DNA of 64,000 nt. Source: an uncultured Actinomycetota bacterium. GTDB lineage: Bacteria > Actinomycetota > Actinomycetes > JAHEKZ01. The DNA lies in contig CAVQYR010000001.1 in the NCBI GenBank assembly GCA_963718235.1, positions 2,016,001 through 2,080,000 on the forward strand. Reading direction: 5' to 3'. Below, one piece after another: positions 17,941 to 27,506 of the stretch; within the stretch, counting starts at the first letter, position 1, and every line of letters starts with the position of its first letter. Position numbers and translations under genes: made by a program. The notes beneath the pieces are model-generated. The model did not search any database. It was not told where the DNA came from and saw only the letters and a list, made by a program, of their open reading frames with translations.

Positions 17941-18792
17941 TCATGCTCCGGCCGCAGCGAGCACGACGATCCCGGTCATGGCCAGCGTGACCCCCACCCG
18001 TTGGAGCCGGCTGAGCCGCTCGCCCAGCAGCCCTCGGGCCAACAAGAGCGTCATCACCGGGAACAGCGACCCGAAGACTGCCGTCACGCTCAGCAGACCC
18101 AGCGTGCTGGACCAGCCGTAGAAGGCGTTGGCCCCCATGTCGCCGGCACCTACGGCTGCCATCGCCGACAGGTCGCGCCCACTCGGGCGCAACCAGCCGA
18201 CCAAGACGACGACGAGCAGACCCGCCACGGTCGCGCTGACCGAGCGCTGCACGACCAGGGTCATCACCACGCTGTACTGCGAGCCGCCGGCGAGGAAGAC
18301 ATAGCTCGAGCCGAAGCCCAGCGCGGCGACGACAGCGAACGCGATGGGGCGCCAGCCGTGCTCCCGGCTCGTGTCGACGTCGGTGTGCACGTCCGGCCCA
18401 CCGACCAGGACGATGCCAACCGCTGCCACCACGATGCCCACGATCGACCCGGCGTCTGGGCGCTCGCCGGCGGCCATACCGACGACCACCGGGATCACGA
18501 TGCCCATCGCCGAGATGGGGGACACCACGCCCATCGTTCCGATCGACAGCGCGTGGTAGAACGCCGCCAGACCCAGGGGGCCGGTGAAGCCCCAGATGAT
18601 CGCCCACGGCAGGTAGCCCGCCTCGGCGTGCCATGCGCCGGTGACCAGGACCACGGGGAGCAGGAGCAGGACCGCGGTGGCCTGGGACAGCGCCACCACG
18701 AGCAGGGTGGGCAGCCGCTTGGCCAGCAGCCCACCGAAGAAGTCGGCCGTGCCCCACAGCACGCTGGACATCAGCGCGAGGACGGCGGCCAT
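17941..18792 (-). CDS. EamA/DMT family transporter
   Basis: [34 protein letters not shown]; about 10 TM segments. Confidence 0.85.
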   Translation of the reverse strand: MAAVLALMSSVLWGTADFFGGLLAKRLPTLLVVALSQATAVLLLLPVVLVTGAWHAEAGYLPWAIIWGFTGPLGLAAFYHALSIGTMGVVSPISAMGIVIPVVVGMAAGERPDAGSIVGIVVAAVGIVLVGGPDVHTDVDTSREHGWRPIAFAVVAALGFGSSYVFLAGGSQYSVVMTLVVQRSVSATVAGLLVVVLVGWLRPSGRDLSAMAAVGAGDMGANAFYGWSSTLGLLSVTAVFGSLFPVMTLLLARGLLGERLSRLQRVGVTLAMTGIVVLAAAGA

Positions 18793-18868
18793 GACGCCCG
18801 CAGCGTAGGTCACTGGCTCCGGCGCGCCGGAGCCGGAGCACGTCGGACCGGAGACGTACGCTTCGGCA

Positions 18869-19447
18869 GTGACCGCACAGGAGTCGCCTCCGGAACCGTT
18901 TCAGGCCGCGCTGGCCTCGTTGCGAGGGGTACGCCTGCGTCCGGAGATCCAGCTCGACGAGGCACCGGCCCCGCAACGCCTGGCTCCCTATGCGGTGGCC
19001 CTGACCGCCGACGTCCTCGACGGCGACGACGAGATCGGCACCGGCCGGTTCGTGGTCCTGCACGACCCCGACGGGCACGACGCCTGGGACGGCACCTTCC
19101 GGGTGGTCACCTTCGCCCGGGCCTCACTCGAGCCGGACATCGCCACCGACCCGCTGATCACCGAGGTCGGCTGGGCGTGGCTGATGGAGTGTCTGGCCGA
19201 CCAGCACGCGCAGTTCCGGGCACCGAGCGGCACGGTCACCCGGGTCGCCTCGGAGAGCTTCGGGACGATGGCGGACCGACCGGGGACCGCCGAGCTGGAG
19301 GTGCGGGCCTCCTGGACGCCGAACGACAGCCAGCTTGCTCCACACCTCCAGGCGTGGGCCGACCTGCTGTGCACCGCATGCGGCCTGCCACCCGTGCCGG
19401 CCGGGGTGGTGTCGCTCCCTCGGCGGTCCGGGCTTCGTCGCGCCTGA
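18869..19447 (+). CDS. DUF3000 family protein
   Basis: [43 protein letters not shown]. Confidence 0.88.
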   Translation: MTAQESPPEPFQAALASLRGVRLRPEIQLDEAPAPQRLAPYAVALTADVLDGDDEIGTGRFVVLHDPDGHDAWDGTFRVVTFARASLEPDIATDPLITEVGWAWLMECLADQHAQFRAPSGTVTRVASESFGTMADRPGTAELEVRASWTPNDSQLAPHLQAWADLLCTACGLPPVPAGVVSLPRRSGLRRA

Positions 19448-19649
19448 GCCTGCTCCACTCTCCACCGCGGGCGCACCGGGTCAGCCCGCCTCCGACGAGC
19501 CTCCGACGAGCCCGAGAGCCGCCCTGACGCCGCCCGTGCGGGAGACATTCGGCCGCGGCGATGGCTACAGGCCCCCCGAGCGCCGTCCGATGGTTGGGGA
19601 GTAACGAACGCGCTGCCATGGCGCTATTGGACCGAACCCAGGAGGACGA

Positions 19650-20270
19650 GTGACCGCACTCGTCGAGCGCAACGGAGTCCCACCGGGGTTCCGCGCCGCT
19701 CGTTTCACGGCGATGGCGGTCGTGGCCCATGCCGACCTGCGGGAGACCGTGGTGCGGCGCCTTCAGGTGCTCGGGGCCGCCGAGGTCTCCGAGGCGGCCA
19801 GCGTGGCGGAGGCCCGCGCCCGGGCGATGGCCACCGGCCCCCGCGACCTGTGCGTCATCGACCTCGCGCTCCCCGACGGCTCCGGGCTCACCCTGCTGAA
19901 CGAGCTCCGGCACGCCGGCTGGAGCCGCTGCGTGGCCCTGTCCCCCGGCGACGACCCCTATTCGGTGCGGGCGGCCCTGGCTGCCGGCGTCAAGGGGTTC
20001 GTGGTGACCGGGTCGGCCACCGAGGGAGCCCGCCCACCGGTCAACCCCCGCGGGCGCAACGGTGGAGGCGGTCCGGACGGGCTGTCCCAGCGCGAGATCG
20101 AGGTGCTGCAGCTGGTCTCCCAGGGCCAGTCCAACCGTGACATCGGCGTGGCCCTGAGCCTGTCCGCCCTGACCGTCAAGAGCCACCTGGCCCGGATCGC
20201 CCGCAAGCTCGGCACCGGGGACCGGGCCGAGATGGTCGCCGTCGCCCTCCGGGCCGGCGTCATCTCCTGA
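19650..20270 (+). CDS. Orphan NarL/LuxR-family response regulator
   Basis: Receiver VIDLALPDGSG; HTH LSQREIEVL..N.DI...TVKSHLARI; SD AGGAGG. Confidence 0.88.
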   Translation: MTALVERNGVPPGFRAARFTAMAVVAHADLRETVVRRLQVLGAAEVSEAASVAEARARAMATGPRDLCVIDLALPDGSGLTLLNELRHAGWSRCVALSPGDDPYSVRAALAAGVKGFVVTGSATEGARPPVNPRGRNGGGGPDGLSQREIEVLQLVSQGQSNRDIGVALSLSALTVKSHLARIARKLGTGDRAEMVAVALRAGVIS

Positions 20271-20382
20271 CCGATCGCCTGACCCGTCGCCCGAACGATC
20301 GCCTGACCAGCACGTCTTCGCCTCGCCCGGTCAGGGCTCGGGTCCCGTCCCGCTCAGGGTGCAGAGCGTACGCTGTGCACCC

Positions 20383-21663
20383 GTGACCGAGGAACCTCCC
20401 ACCGCGCCGGTCGCCGTTCCTCTCCTCGAGCCCCGTGAGGGCCTGCCTGACGTCGTCGTCACCGCCGAGGCGCTCGCTCAGGCGGCCCGGCGGCTGGCCG
20501 ACGGTGACGGCCCGATCGCCGTCGACGCCGAGCGGGCCAGCGGATACCGCTACGGCCACCGCGCGTACCTGGTCCAGCTGCGGCGCAGCGGGTCCGGGAC
20601 CGTACTGGTCGACCCGATCCCCTTCCCCGACCTCAGCACGCTGGCCACCGCCATGGACGACGCCGAGTGGGTGCTGCACGCCGCCTCACAGGACCTGCCC
20701 TGCCTGGCCGACATCGGCCTGCGTCCCCGGTCGCTCTTCGACACCGAGCTGGCCGGGCGCCTGCTCGGGCACCCCCGGGTCGGTCTTGCGGCCATGACCG
20801 AGTCGGTGCTCGGGTTCGCCCTCGAGAAGGGCCACTCGGCAGCCGACTGGTCCACCCGCCCGCTCCCGGACGACTGGCTGCGCTACGCGGCGCTCGACGT
20901 CGAGGTGCTGATCGAGCTGCGCGACGCCCTCGTCGAGCAGCTGGACGAGCAGGGCAAGGCGGAGTGGGCTGCGCAGGAGTTCGCCGCGATCGCCGCGGCG
21001 CCCCCACCCACCCCACGGGTCGAGCCCTGGCGGCGCACGTCGGGCCTGCACCGGGTCCGCAAACCGCGCCAGCTCGCGGCCGTGCGAGAGCTGTGGGCTG
21101 CCCGCGACCAGATGGCGCAGCGTCGCGACACCGCTCCCGGTCGGATCCTTCCCGACGCCGCGATCATCGACGCCGCGCAGACGCTGCCGGTCACCCGCGA
21201 CGCCCTGCTCGCCCTGCCGGTCTTCGGCGGCCGGTCGACCCGACGGCACGTCGCGACCTGGTTCGACGCCCTCGAGCGGGCCAGGAGCCTGCCCGACGAT
21301 GCGCTGCCGGCGACCCAGGCCCCCAACGACGGGCCGCCTCCGGCCCGGTCGTGGGGGGACAAGGACCCGGTTGCTGCGGCCCGGCTGGCCGCCCTGCGCG
21401 CGGCGGTGGCTGCGATCGCCGACGAGCACACGCTCCCGACCGAGAACCTCCTGGCCCCGGACACGGTGCGCCGGATCGCCTGGCAACCCCCACCCGACCA
21501 CTCCGAACACGGACTCGAGGACACCCTGCGCGGGCACGGGGCCCGCCCCTGGCAGATCGACCTGACCGCTCGTGCGCTGGCCAAGGCGCTGGACCGGCTG
21601 GAGCGGCAGGACCTGCCGCCCGAACCCGAGCGCGGCCTTGGCGACGTCAGTCACACAAGGTAA
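20383..21663 (+). CDS. rnd: Ribonuclease D (DEDD exonuclease plus HRDC)
   Basis: AVDAERASGYRY, LHAASQDL, FDTELAG, SAADWSTRPL, YAALDVE. Confidence 0.92.
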   Translation: MTEEPPTAPVAVPLLEPREGLPDVVVTAEALAQAARRLADGDGPIAVDAERASGYRYGHRAYLVQLRRSGSGTVLVDPIPFPDLSTLATAMDDAEWVLHAASQDLPCLADIGLRPRSLFDTELAGRLLGHPRVGLAAMTESVLGFALEKGHSAADWSTRPLPDDWLRYAALDVEVLIELRDALVEQLDEQGKAEWAAQEFAAIAAAPPPTPRVEPWRRTSGLHRVRKPRQLAAVRELWAARDQMAQRRDTAPGRILPDAAIIDAAQTLPVTRDALLALPVFGGRSTRRHVATWFDALERARSLPDDALPATQAPNDGPPPARSWGDKDPVAAARLAALRAAVAAIADEHTLPTENLLAPDTVRRIAWQPPPDHSEHGLEDTLRGHGARPWQIDLTARALAKALDRLERQDLPPEPERGLGDVSHTR

Positions 21664-21679
21664 GGTTCGCCTTACCTAA
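21661..21679. promoter_or_regulatory. DtxR/IdeR iron box upstream of efeU
   Basis: TAAGGTTCGCCTTACCTAA matches TWAGGTWAGSCTWACCTWA at 18/19 positions, 30 bp before an iron permease. Confidence 0.85.
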
Positions 21680-21708
21680 GAAGTCCGTCCCGAGCGCGAG
21701 AGGTCCGC

Positions 21709-22563
21709 ATGTTCCTCGCCAACTACCTGATCGGCCTGCGTGAGGGCCTGGAGGCCGCGCTGGTCGTGAGCATCCTCGTGGCCTACCTGGTCAAGACCGG
21801 GAACCAGCAGCTGCTGCGCTGGGTGTGGACGGGGGTCGGGACCGCCGTCGGTCTGTCCGTCGCGGTCTCGGTCGCGCTCCAGGTCACCTCCAACGAGCTG
21901 TCCTTCACCGCGCAGGAGGTCTTCGGCGGGGTGATGTCGATCATCGCGGTGGTCTTCGTCACCTGGATGGTCTTCTGGATGCGCAAGGCATCCCGGTCGA
22001 TCAAGGGCGAGCTCGAGGGAGCGGTCGACAAGGCGCTCGCGATGGGTGCTGGCGCAGTGGCCACCGTCGCGTTCCTGGCGGTGGCGCGCGAAGGACTCGA
22101 GACCGCCGTCTTCGTGTGGAGCAGCGTGTCGAACTCGACGAGCCCGACGGTCGGTTTCAGCGGCGCCGTCCTCGGCCTGGCGACCTCGGTCGTGCTCGGC
22201 TACCTGATCTACCGGGGTGCCCTGCGGATCAACCTCGCGGTGTTCTTCAAGGTCACCGGGGCGCTGCTCATCGTCGTCGCTGCCGGGGTCCTGGCGTACG
22301 GCGTCCACGACCTCCAGGAGGCCGGGGTCCTGCCGGGGCTGAACAACCTCGCGTTCGACGTCTCGTCGGTGATCGCGCCCACCACCGTGCTCGGCACGTT
22401 GCTCAAGGGCATCTTCAACTTCCAGCCCGACCCCACCGTCCTGCAGGTCCTGGTGTGGGTCGCCTATGTGGTGCCCGTCCTCGCCCTGTTCCTGCGTGCG
22501 CCCAGGAGCGCGCGCCCCGCGCCAGCCCGCGCCAACCAGTCCACGAGCGTCGCAGGAACGTGA
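21709..22563 (+). CDS. efeU: FTR1/EfeU iron permease
   Basis: Two REGLE motifs, MVFWMRK, AGVLAYGVHDLQEAG. Confidence 0.92.
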   Translation: MFLANYLIGLREGLEAALVVSILVAYLVKTGNQQLLRWVWTGVGTAVGLSVAVSVALQVTSNELSFTAQEVFGGVMSIIAVVFVTWMVFWMRKASRSIKGELEGAVDKALAMGAGAVATVAFLAVAREGLETAVFVWSSVSNSTSPTVGFSGAVLGLATSVVLGYLIYRGALRINLAVFFKVTGALLIVVAAGVLAYGVHDLQEAGVLPGLNNLAFDVSSVIAPTTVLGTLLKGIFNFQPDPTVLQVLVWVAYVVPVLALFLRAPRSARPAPARANQSTSVAGT

Positions 22564-23318
22564 GCCGGTCGCCGCGCGTCGACCCGGCAGCGGTCGATGC
22601 GGCAGTGGTCGATGTGGCGCTGGTCGCAGACGTACGCAGCGCGCTCACCGAGGTCGCCGACCCCGACCGGGCCCCGGCGATGCAGACCTACATGAAGTCG
22701 TCGATGCCGTTCTACGGCGTTCCCTCCCCCACGCTGCGCCGGGTCCTTCGACCCGTCTTCGACGCACATGTGCTGCCCGGCCGGGGCGCGTTCGAGTCAA
22801 CAGCCCGCGCACTGTGGGACGACGCGACACACCGCGAGGAGCGCTACGCCGCACTCGCCCTGACCGGCCACCGCTCGTACCGGTCGTGGCAGGACCCAGG
22901 GCTGGTGCCCCTGTACGAGCACTTCGTGGTCACCGGCGCGTGGTGGGACCTCGTCGACCCGGTCGCCTCCCGCTCCCTGGGGCCGCTGCTTCGCGGCTTC
23001 CCCGGCGAGGTCGGACCGGTCATGCGTCGCTGGGCCAGTGACGACGACCTGTGGCGCCGCCGGTCCTCGATCATCGTGCAGCTGGGCTCCAAGGCGGGGA
23101 CCGACACCGACCTGCTGGCCGCCTGCATCGAGCCAAACCTGGGCCGTCCGGAGTTCTTCCTCCGCAAGGCGATCGGCTGGGCTCTGCGCGCCTACGGTGC
23201 GTCGAACCCTGAATGGGTGTGGCGGTTCGTCGACGAGCACCGCGAGACGATGGCGCCCTTGTCACTGAGGGAGGCAACTCGGAGACTCCCTCCGCGCTGC
23301 CTCGCAAGACATCCATGA
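22560..23318 (+). CDS. DNA alkylation repair protein (AlkD-like HEAT repeat)
   Basis: MQTYMKS, HREERY, WWDLVD, EFFLRKAIGWALR, LSLREA; GTGA overlap with efeU (start uncertain). Confidence 0.85.
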   Translation: MSRSPRVDPAAVDAAVVDVALVADVRSALTEVADPDRAPAMQTYMKSSMPFYGVPSPTLRRVLRPVFDAHVLPGRGAFESTARALWDDATHREERYAALALTGHRSYRSWQDPGLVPLYEHFVVTGAWWDLVDPVASRSLGPLLRGFPGEVGPVMRRWASDDDLWRRRSSIIVQLGSKAGTDTDLLAACIEPNLGRPEFFLRKAIGWALRAYGASNPEWVWRFVDEHRETMAPLSLREATRRLPPRCLARHP

Positions 23319-23321
23319 GGA

Positions 23322-23349
23322 CGCCGGTCGGGTCGATCCCCGACCGGCG
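23322..23349. terminator. GC-rich hairpin between convergent genes (likely bidirectional terminator)
   Basis: CGCCGGTCGGG-tcgatc-CCCGACCGGCG, 11-bp perfect stem. Confidence 0.6.
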
Positions 23350-23415
23350 CCTCGATCCAGCACATCATGGGCGTCACCTTCTCCCACCGGTTCCGGGACT
23401 CACCGAGGATCGCGG

Positions 23416-23916
23416 TCACGGGGTCATGTTCTGCGCCAGGGCCAGGTGCTCACGCGCGGCGCTGTAATCCGACGAGTACCCGGGTGACTGAACCGACGGT
23501 TCATTCGTCGGAACCCGCTGCCCGAGCGGCGACCCGAACAGGTCGACCGAGCCACGGTAGACGTGCGGCGTGGTCACCGGCAGGTTGGAGAGCTCAAGCG
23601 CCGGAACCCGCTGTCCCAGCGACGCACCGCTCAGGTCGACCGGCGCGGTGGGTACCGTCACCGACAGCGACTGCTGGTCCTGCAGCTGGGAGATCTCGTC
23701 AGCACTGTTCCACGTGCCGACCCCGTACCCAGCCAGCAGCCCGACGAGGCCGGACAGCAGTCCCACGGCCAGGAACTTGGGCCAGGTACGCTTCTTGGGC
23801 TCACGTACGTGCGGTGGCAACTGCCACGAGCGTTCGAGAGCCTCGTGCTCTTCGAGCGTCGGAGTCGTTGGACGCTCGATCACTTGCGTTTCAGGACGTT
23901 CGAGAGTGGTTGTCAT
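23416..23916 (-). CDS. Hypothetical single-TM protein with internal VDLxGxxLGQRVP repeat
   Basis: SD GGGAGG before ATG 23916; KKR followed by a TM helix; two 13-aa repeats. Confidence 0.65.
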   Translation of the reverse strand: MTTTLERPETQVIERPTTPTLEEHEALERSWQLPPHVREPKKRTWPKFLAVGLLSGLVGLLAGYGVGTWNSADEISQLQDQQSLSVTVPTAPVDLSGASLGQRVPALELSNLPVTTPHVYRGSVDLFGSPLGQRVPTNEPSVQSPGYSSDYSAAREHLALAQNMTP

Positions 23917-24164
23917 GGTCGTCGCCTCCCTCGGTGGCAACGGGGCCGGCGACCGCGGACCGCTCACCGGTCCCACAGTCAGTGTCCCGCGAGACCCGTT
24001 CGCAGGCCAGAGGCGTTCGTCCTTCGTCAGCGCCAGAGTCGTTCGCCCCCACATCCCTGACCCGAAATGACCAAGGGGTCAGGGCCGCAACTGGGCCTGC
24101 TCCCGCCCCACGTCGTCCTCGGTGATGTCGCGCCGTATACCGGGCGGGGGTGCTTCCCTGGCTT

Positions 24165-24182
24165 GTTACCGGCGAGTAGCAT
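24165..24182 (+). promoter_or_regulatory. Imperfect palindrome overlapping putative -10 of fadAB
   Basis: GTTAC-N6-GTAGC overlapping TAGCAT. Confidence 0.45.
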
Positions 24183-24230
24183 CGGGTCGTCCGGCACCTG
24201 CAGCGTCATGCTGCCGTCCCTGGAGGCCCT

Positions 24231-25442
24231 GTGGCACGCATCGTCCGAGAGGTCGTCTTCGTCGACGGCGTCCGCACCCCGTTCGGCAAGGCGGGCGGCA
24301 TGTTCGCCGAGACCCGGGCCGACGACCTCATCGTCAAGGTCATCCGCGAGCTGCTGCGCCGCAACCCGGACCTGCCCGCCGACCGGATCGACGAGGTCGC
24401 CGTCGCCGCGACCACGCAGACCGGCGACCAGGGGCTCACCCTGGGCCGCAGCGCCGGGATCCTGGCCGGTCTTCCGCGCAGCGTCCCCGGCTACTCGATC
24501 GACCGGATGTGCGCCGGGGCGATGACGGCAGTCACCACGACCGCCTCCGCCATCGCGTGCGGTGCCTATGACGTCGCCTTCGCCGGCGGGGTCGAGCACA
24601 TGGGCCGTCACCCCATGGGTGAGGGCATGGACCCCAACCCCCGCTTCGTGGCCGAGAAGCTGGTCGACCCGGAGGCCCTGGTCATGGGCCAGACCGCGGA
24701 GAACCTGCACGACCGGTTCCCCCACCTGACCAGGCAACGGGCCGACGCGTACGCGGTGCACAGCCAGGAGAAGCTGGCCAAGGCCTACGCCGACGAGCTG
24801 ATCCAGCCCGACCTGGTTCCGGTCGCCACCCGCAGCACCGACGACGGCTGGGGACTCGCCACCGCCGACGAGCCCCCACGGCCAGGCACCACGCTCGAGG
24901 GGCTGGCCGGGCTGCGCACACCGTTTCGCGCGCACGGCCGGGTCACGGCCGGAAATGCAGCCGGGCTCAATGACGGGGCAACCGGTGCCTTCGTCGTGGC
25001 CGAGGACGTCGCCGACGAGCTCGGCCTCACCAAGAAGCTGCGGCTGGTGTCCTACGGCTATGCCGGGGTCGAGCCCGAGGTCATGGGCATCGGCCCCGTG
25101 CCGTCCACGCTCAAGGCCCTGAAGGTCGCCGGGCTGTCGATCGAGGACATCGGCCTGTTCGAGGTCAACGAGGCGTTCGCCGTGCAGGTCCTCGCCTTCC
25201 TCGACCACTTCGGTCTGGCCGACGACGACCCTCGGGTCAACGCCTACGGCGGCGCCATTGCCGTCGGCCACCCCCTGGCGTCGTCTGGCGTGCGGTTGAT
25301 GATCCAGCTCGCCCGACAGTTCGAGGAGCACCCCGAGGTCCGCTACGGCGTCACCACGATGTGCATCGGGCTCGGCATGGGCGGCACGGTCATCTGGGAG
25401 AACCCCCACTACGCCACGAGCGCAGACGAGGACGCCGCATGA
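24231..25442 (+). CDS. fadA: Acetyl-CoA C-acyltransferase (thiolase)
   Basis: RTPFGK, DRMCAGAM, NEAFA, GHPLASSG, MCIGLGMG. Confidence 0.93.
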   Translation: MARIVREVVFVDGVRTPFGKAGGMFAETRADDLIVKVIRELLRRNPDLPADRIDEVAVAATTQTGDQGLTLGRSAGILAGLPRSVPGYSIDRMCAGAMTAVTTTASAIACGAYDVAFAGGVEHMGRHPMGEGMDPNPRFVAEKLVDPEALVMGQTAENLHDRFPHLTRQRADAYAVHSQEKLAKAYADELIQPDLVPVATRSTDDGWGLATADEPPRPGTTLEGLAGLRTPFRAHGRVTAGNAAGLNDGATGAFVVAEDVADELGLTKKLRLVSYGYAGVEPEVMGIGPVPSTLKALKVAGLSIEDIGLFEVNEAFAVQVLAFLDHFGLADDDPRVNAYGGAIAVGHPLASSGVRLMIQLARQFEEHPEVRYGVTTMCIGLGMGGTVIWENPHYATSADEDAA

Positions 25443-27499
25443 GCCAGCACGACGAGGTCGTCACCCACGCACACGTCCGCACGGTCTCCATCGGCGAGGG
25501 TCATCAGATCGCCCTGATCACCCTCGACAACGGCTTCGACCACACCAAGCCCAACACCTTCGGTCCCGCCGGGCTCGCCGAGCTCGACGCGGCCCTCGAG
25601 CAGGTGCACCAGATGGTGCACCGTCGAGAGATCACGGCCGTGGCGCTCACCGGCAAGCCGTTCAACTTCTGCGCCGGCGCCGACCTCAAGGCGTTCCGGC
25701 AGATGTCCAGCCGCGAGGAGGTGCTCGACATCGCCAGGCTCGGCCACAGGGTGTTCCGACGGCTCGGCGAGCTGGGCGTCCCGTCGTTCGCCTTCGTCAA
25801 CGGCCTGGCGCTCGGCGGTGGCCTGGAGGTGGCACTGCACTGCACCTACCGGACACTGTCCAGCGGCCCTGGCTTCGTGGCTCTGCCCGAGGTGTTCCTC
25901 GGGCTCATCCCCGGCTGGGGTGGCACCTACCTGCTGCCGAACCTGGTCGGTCCCGAGCGGGCCGTGACCGTCGTCATCGAGAACCCGCTGAACACCAACC
26001 GGATGCTCAAGCCGGAACAGGCCGTCGAGCTCGGCGTGGTCGACGCGGTCTTCGAGCCGGCCGACTTCCTGGAGCAGTCCATCGCCTGGGCCGACGCCGT
26101 GCTGCACGGGGTGCTCGTCGTCGACCGCCCACCGGTCGACCGCCACGAGGCATGGGACGCCGCCCTGGCTCGCGGCCGCGCGATCGCCGACGCGCGCACC
26201 CGCGGAGTGCCCCCGGCTCCGTATCGAGCGCTCGAGCTGCTCGAGCGTGCGCGCCACGCGCACCGGGACGCCGCCTTCGAGGCTGAGGACGAGGCACTGG
26301 CCGACATGGCCACCAGCCCCGAGCTCGCCTCGAGCCTGTACGCCTTCGACCTGGTGCAGCGCCGCGCCAAGCGGCCGGTCGGTGTGCCCGACCGCTCCCT
26401 GGCCCGACCTGTCACCAAGGTCGGGATCGTCGGGGCCGGGCTGATGGCCGGTCAGCTGGCCCTGCTGTTCGCCCGGCAGCTCCAGGTGCCGGTCCACCTG
26501 ACCGACCTCGACCAAAGCCGCGTCGACAAGGGGCTCGCCTACGTGCGGGCCGAGGTCGACAAGCTGCACGACAAGGGGCGGGTCTCTGACGACACGGCCA
26601 ACCGGTTGAAGGCCCTGGTCTCAGGAGGCACCGACAAGTCCGCCTTCGCCGACGCCGACTTCGTCATCGAGGCGGTGTTCGAGGACCTCGCCGTGAAACA
26701 GCAGGTGTTCGCCGAGGTCGAGGCCGTGGTGAGCGACACCTGCGTGCTGGCCACGAACACGTCGTCCCTGTCGGTCACCGACATGGCGGCGAAGCTGGCT
26801 CACCCCGAACGCCTCGTGGGGTTCCACTTCTTCAACCCGGTGGCGGTCATGCAGCTGCTGGAGGTGGTTCGCGGCGAACGCACCGACGACCCGACGCTGG
26901 CCACCGCCTTCGCCGTGGCCAAGACGTTGAAGAAGTCCGCCGTGCTCGTCAAGGACGCGCCGGCGTTCGTGGTCAACCGGCTGTTGGCCAGGTTCCTGGG
27001 CGAGGTGTCGGCTGCGGTCGACGAAGGGACGCCGCTGGAGGTCGCCGACTCCGCCCTCGACCCGCTGGGACTGCCGATGTCCCCGTTCATGCTGCTCCAG
27101 CTGGTCGGCCCGGCAGTGGCCCTGCACGTGTCCGAGGTGATGCACGAGGCCTACCCCGAACGGTTCGCCGTCTCGGAGAACCTGGCCCGGGTGGTGGAGG
27201 CCGGCAAGACCGCCTTCTACACCTGGGACGGCGGCGACCAGCGGGTCGACCCCGACGTCCTGGCCCTCTTCCGCACCGGCGATGCGCCGTCCACCGCCGC
27301 GGAGGTTCGCGCACGGGTACTGGCGGCCCTGGCCGAGGAGATCGAGCTCATGCTGTCCGAGGGCGTGGTGGCCGAGCCGGAGGACATCGACCTGTGCCTC
27401 GTGCTGGGCGCCGGATGGCCGTTCTGGATCGGTGGGATCACCCCCTACCTCGACCGCACGGGAGTCTCGGCCGCGGTCACCGGCAAGACGTTCCACTGA
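25439..27499 (+). CDS. fadB: Enoyl-CoA hydratase / 3-hydroxyacyl-CoA dehydrogenase
   Basis: FCAGADL, ALGGGLE, LPEV, GAGLMA, EAVFE, NTSSL, HFFNP; ATGA overlap with fadA. Confidence 0.93.
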   Translation: MSQHDEVVTHAHVRTVSIGEGHQIALITLDNGFDHTKPNTFGPAGLAELDAALEQVHQMVHRREITAVALTGKPFNFCAGADLKAFRQMSSREEVLDIARLGHRVFRRLGELGVPSFAFVNGLALGGGLEVALHCTYRTLSSGPGFVALPEVFLGLIPGWGGTYLLPNLVGPERAVTVVIENPLNTNRMLKPEQAVELGVVDAVFEPADFLEQSIAWADAVLHGVLVVDRPPVDRHEAWDAALARGRAIADARTRGVPPAPYRALELLERARHAHRDAAFEAEDEALADMATSPELASSLYAFDLVQRRAKRPVGVPDRSLARPVTKVGIVGAGLMAGQLALLFARQLQVPVHLTDLDQSRVDKGLAYVRAEVDKLHDKGRVSDDTANRLKALVSGGTDKSAFADADFVIEAVFEDLAVKQQVFAEVEAVVSDTCVLATNTSSLSVTDMAAKLAHPERLVGFHFFNPVAVMQLLEVVRGERTDDPTLATAFAVAKTLKKSAVLVKDAPAFVVNRLLARFLGEVSAAVDEGTPLEVADSALDPLGLPMSPFMLLQLVGPAVALHVSEVMHEAYPERFAVSENLARVVEAGKTAFYTWDGGDQRVDPDVLALFRTGDAPSTAAEVRARVLAALAEEIELMLSEGVVAEPEDIDLCLVLGAGWPFWIGGITPYLDRTGVSAAVTGKTFH

Positions 27500-27506
27500 G
27501 GGTCCG

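Noticed and set aside
16826-19078. Apparent 750-aa HemE fusion (similarly 613-aa ZapE, 1015-aa Pat, 796-aa permease)
   Set aside because: The N-terminal extensions are Arg/Gly-rich off-frame read-through over neighbouring genes; the real starts are downstream
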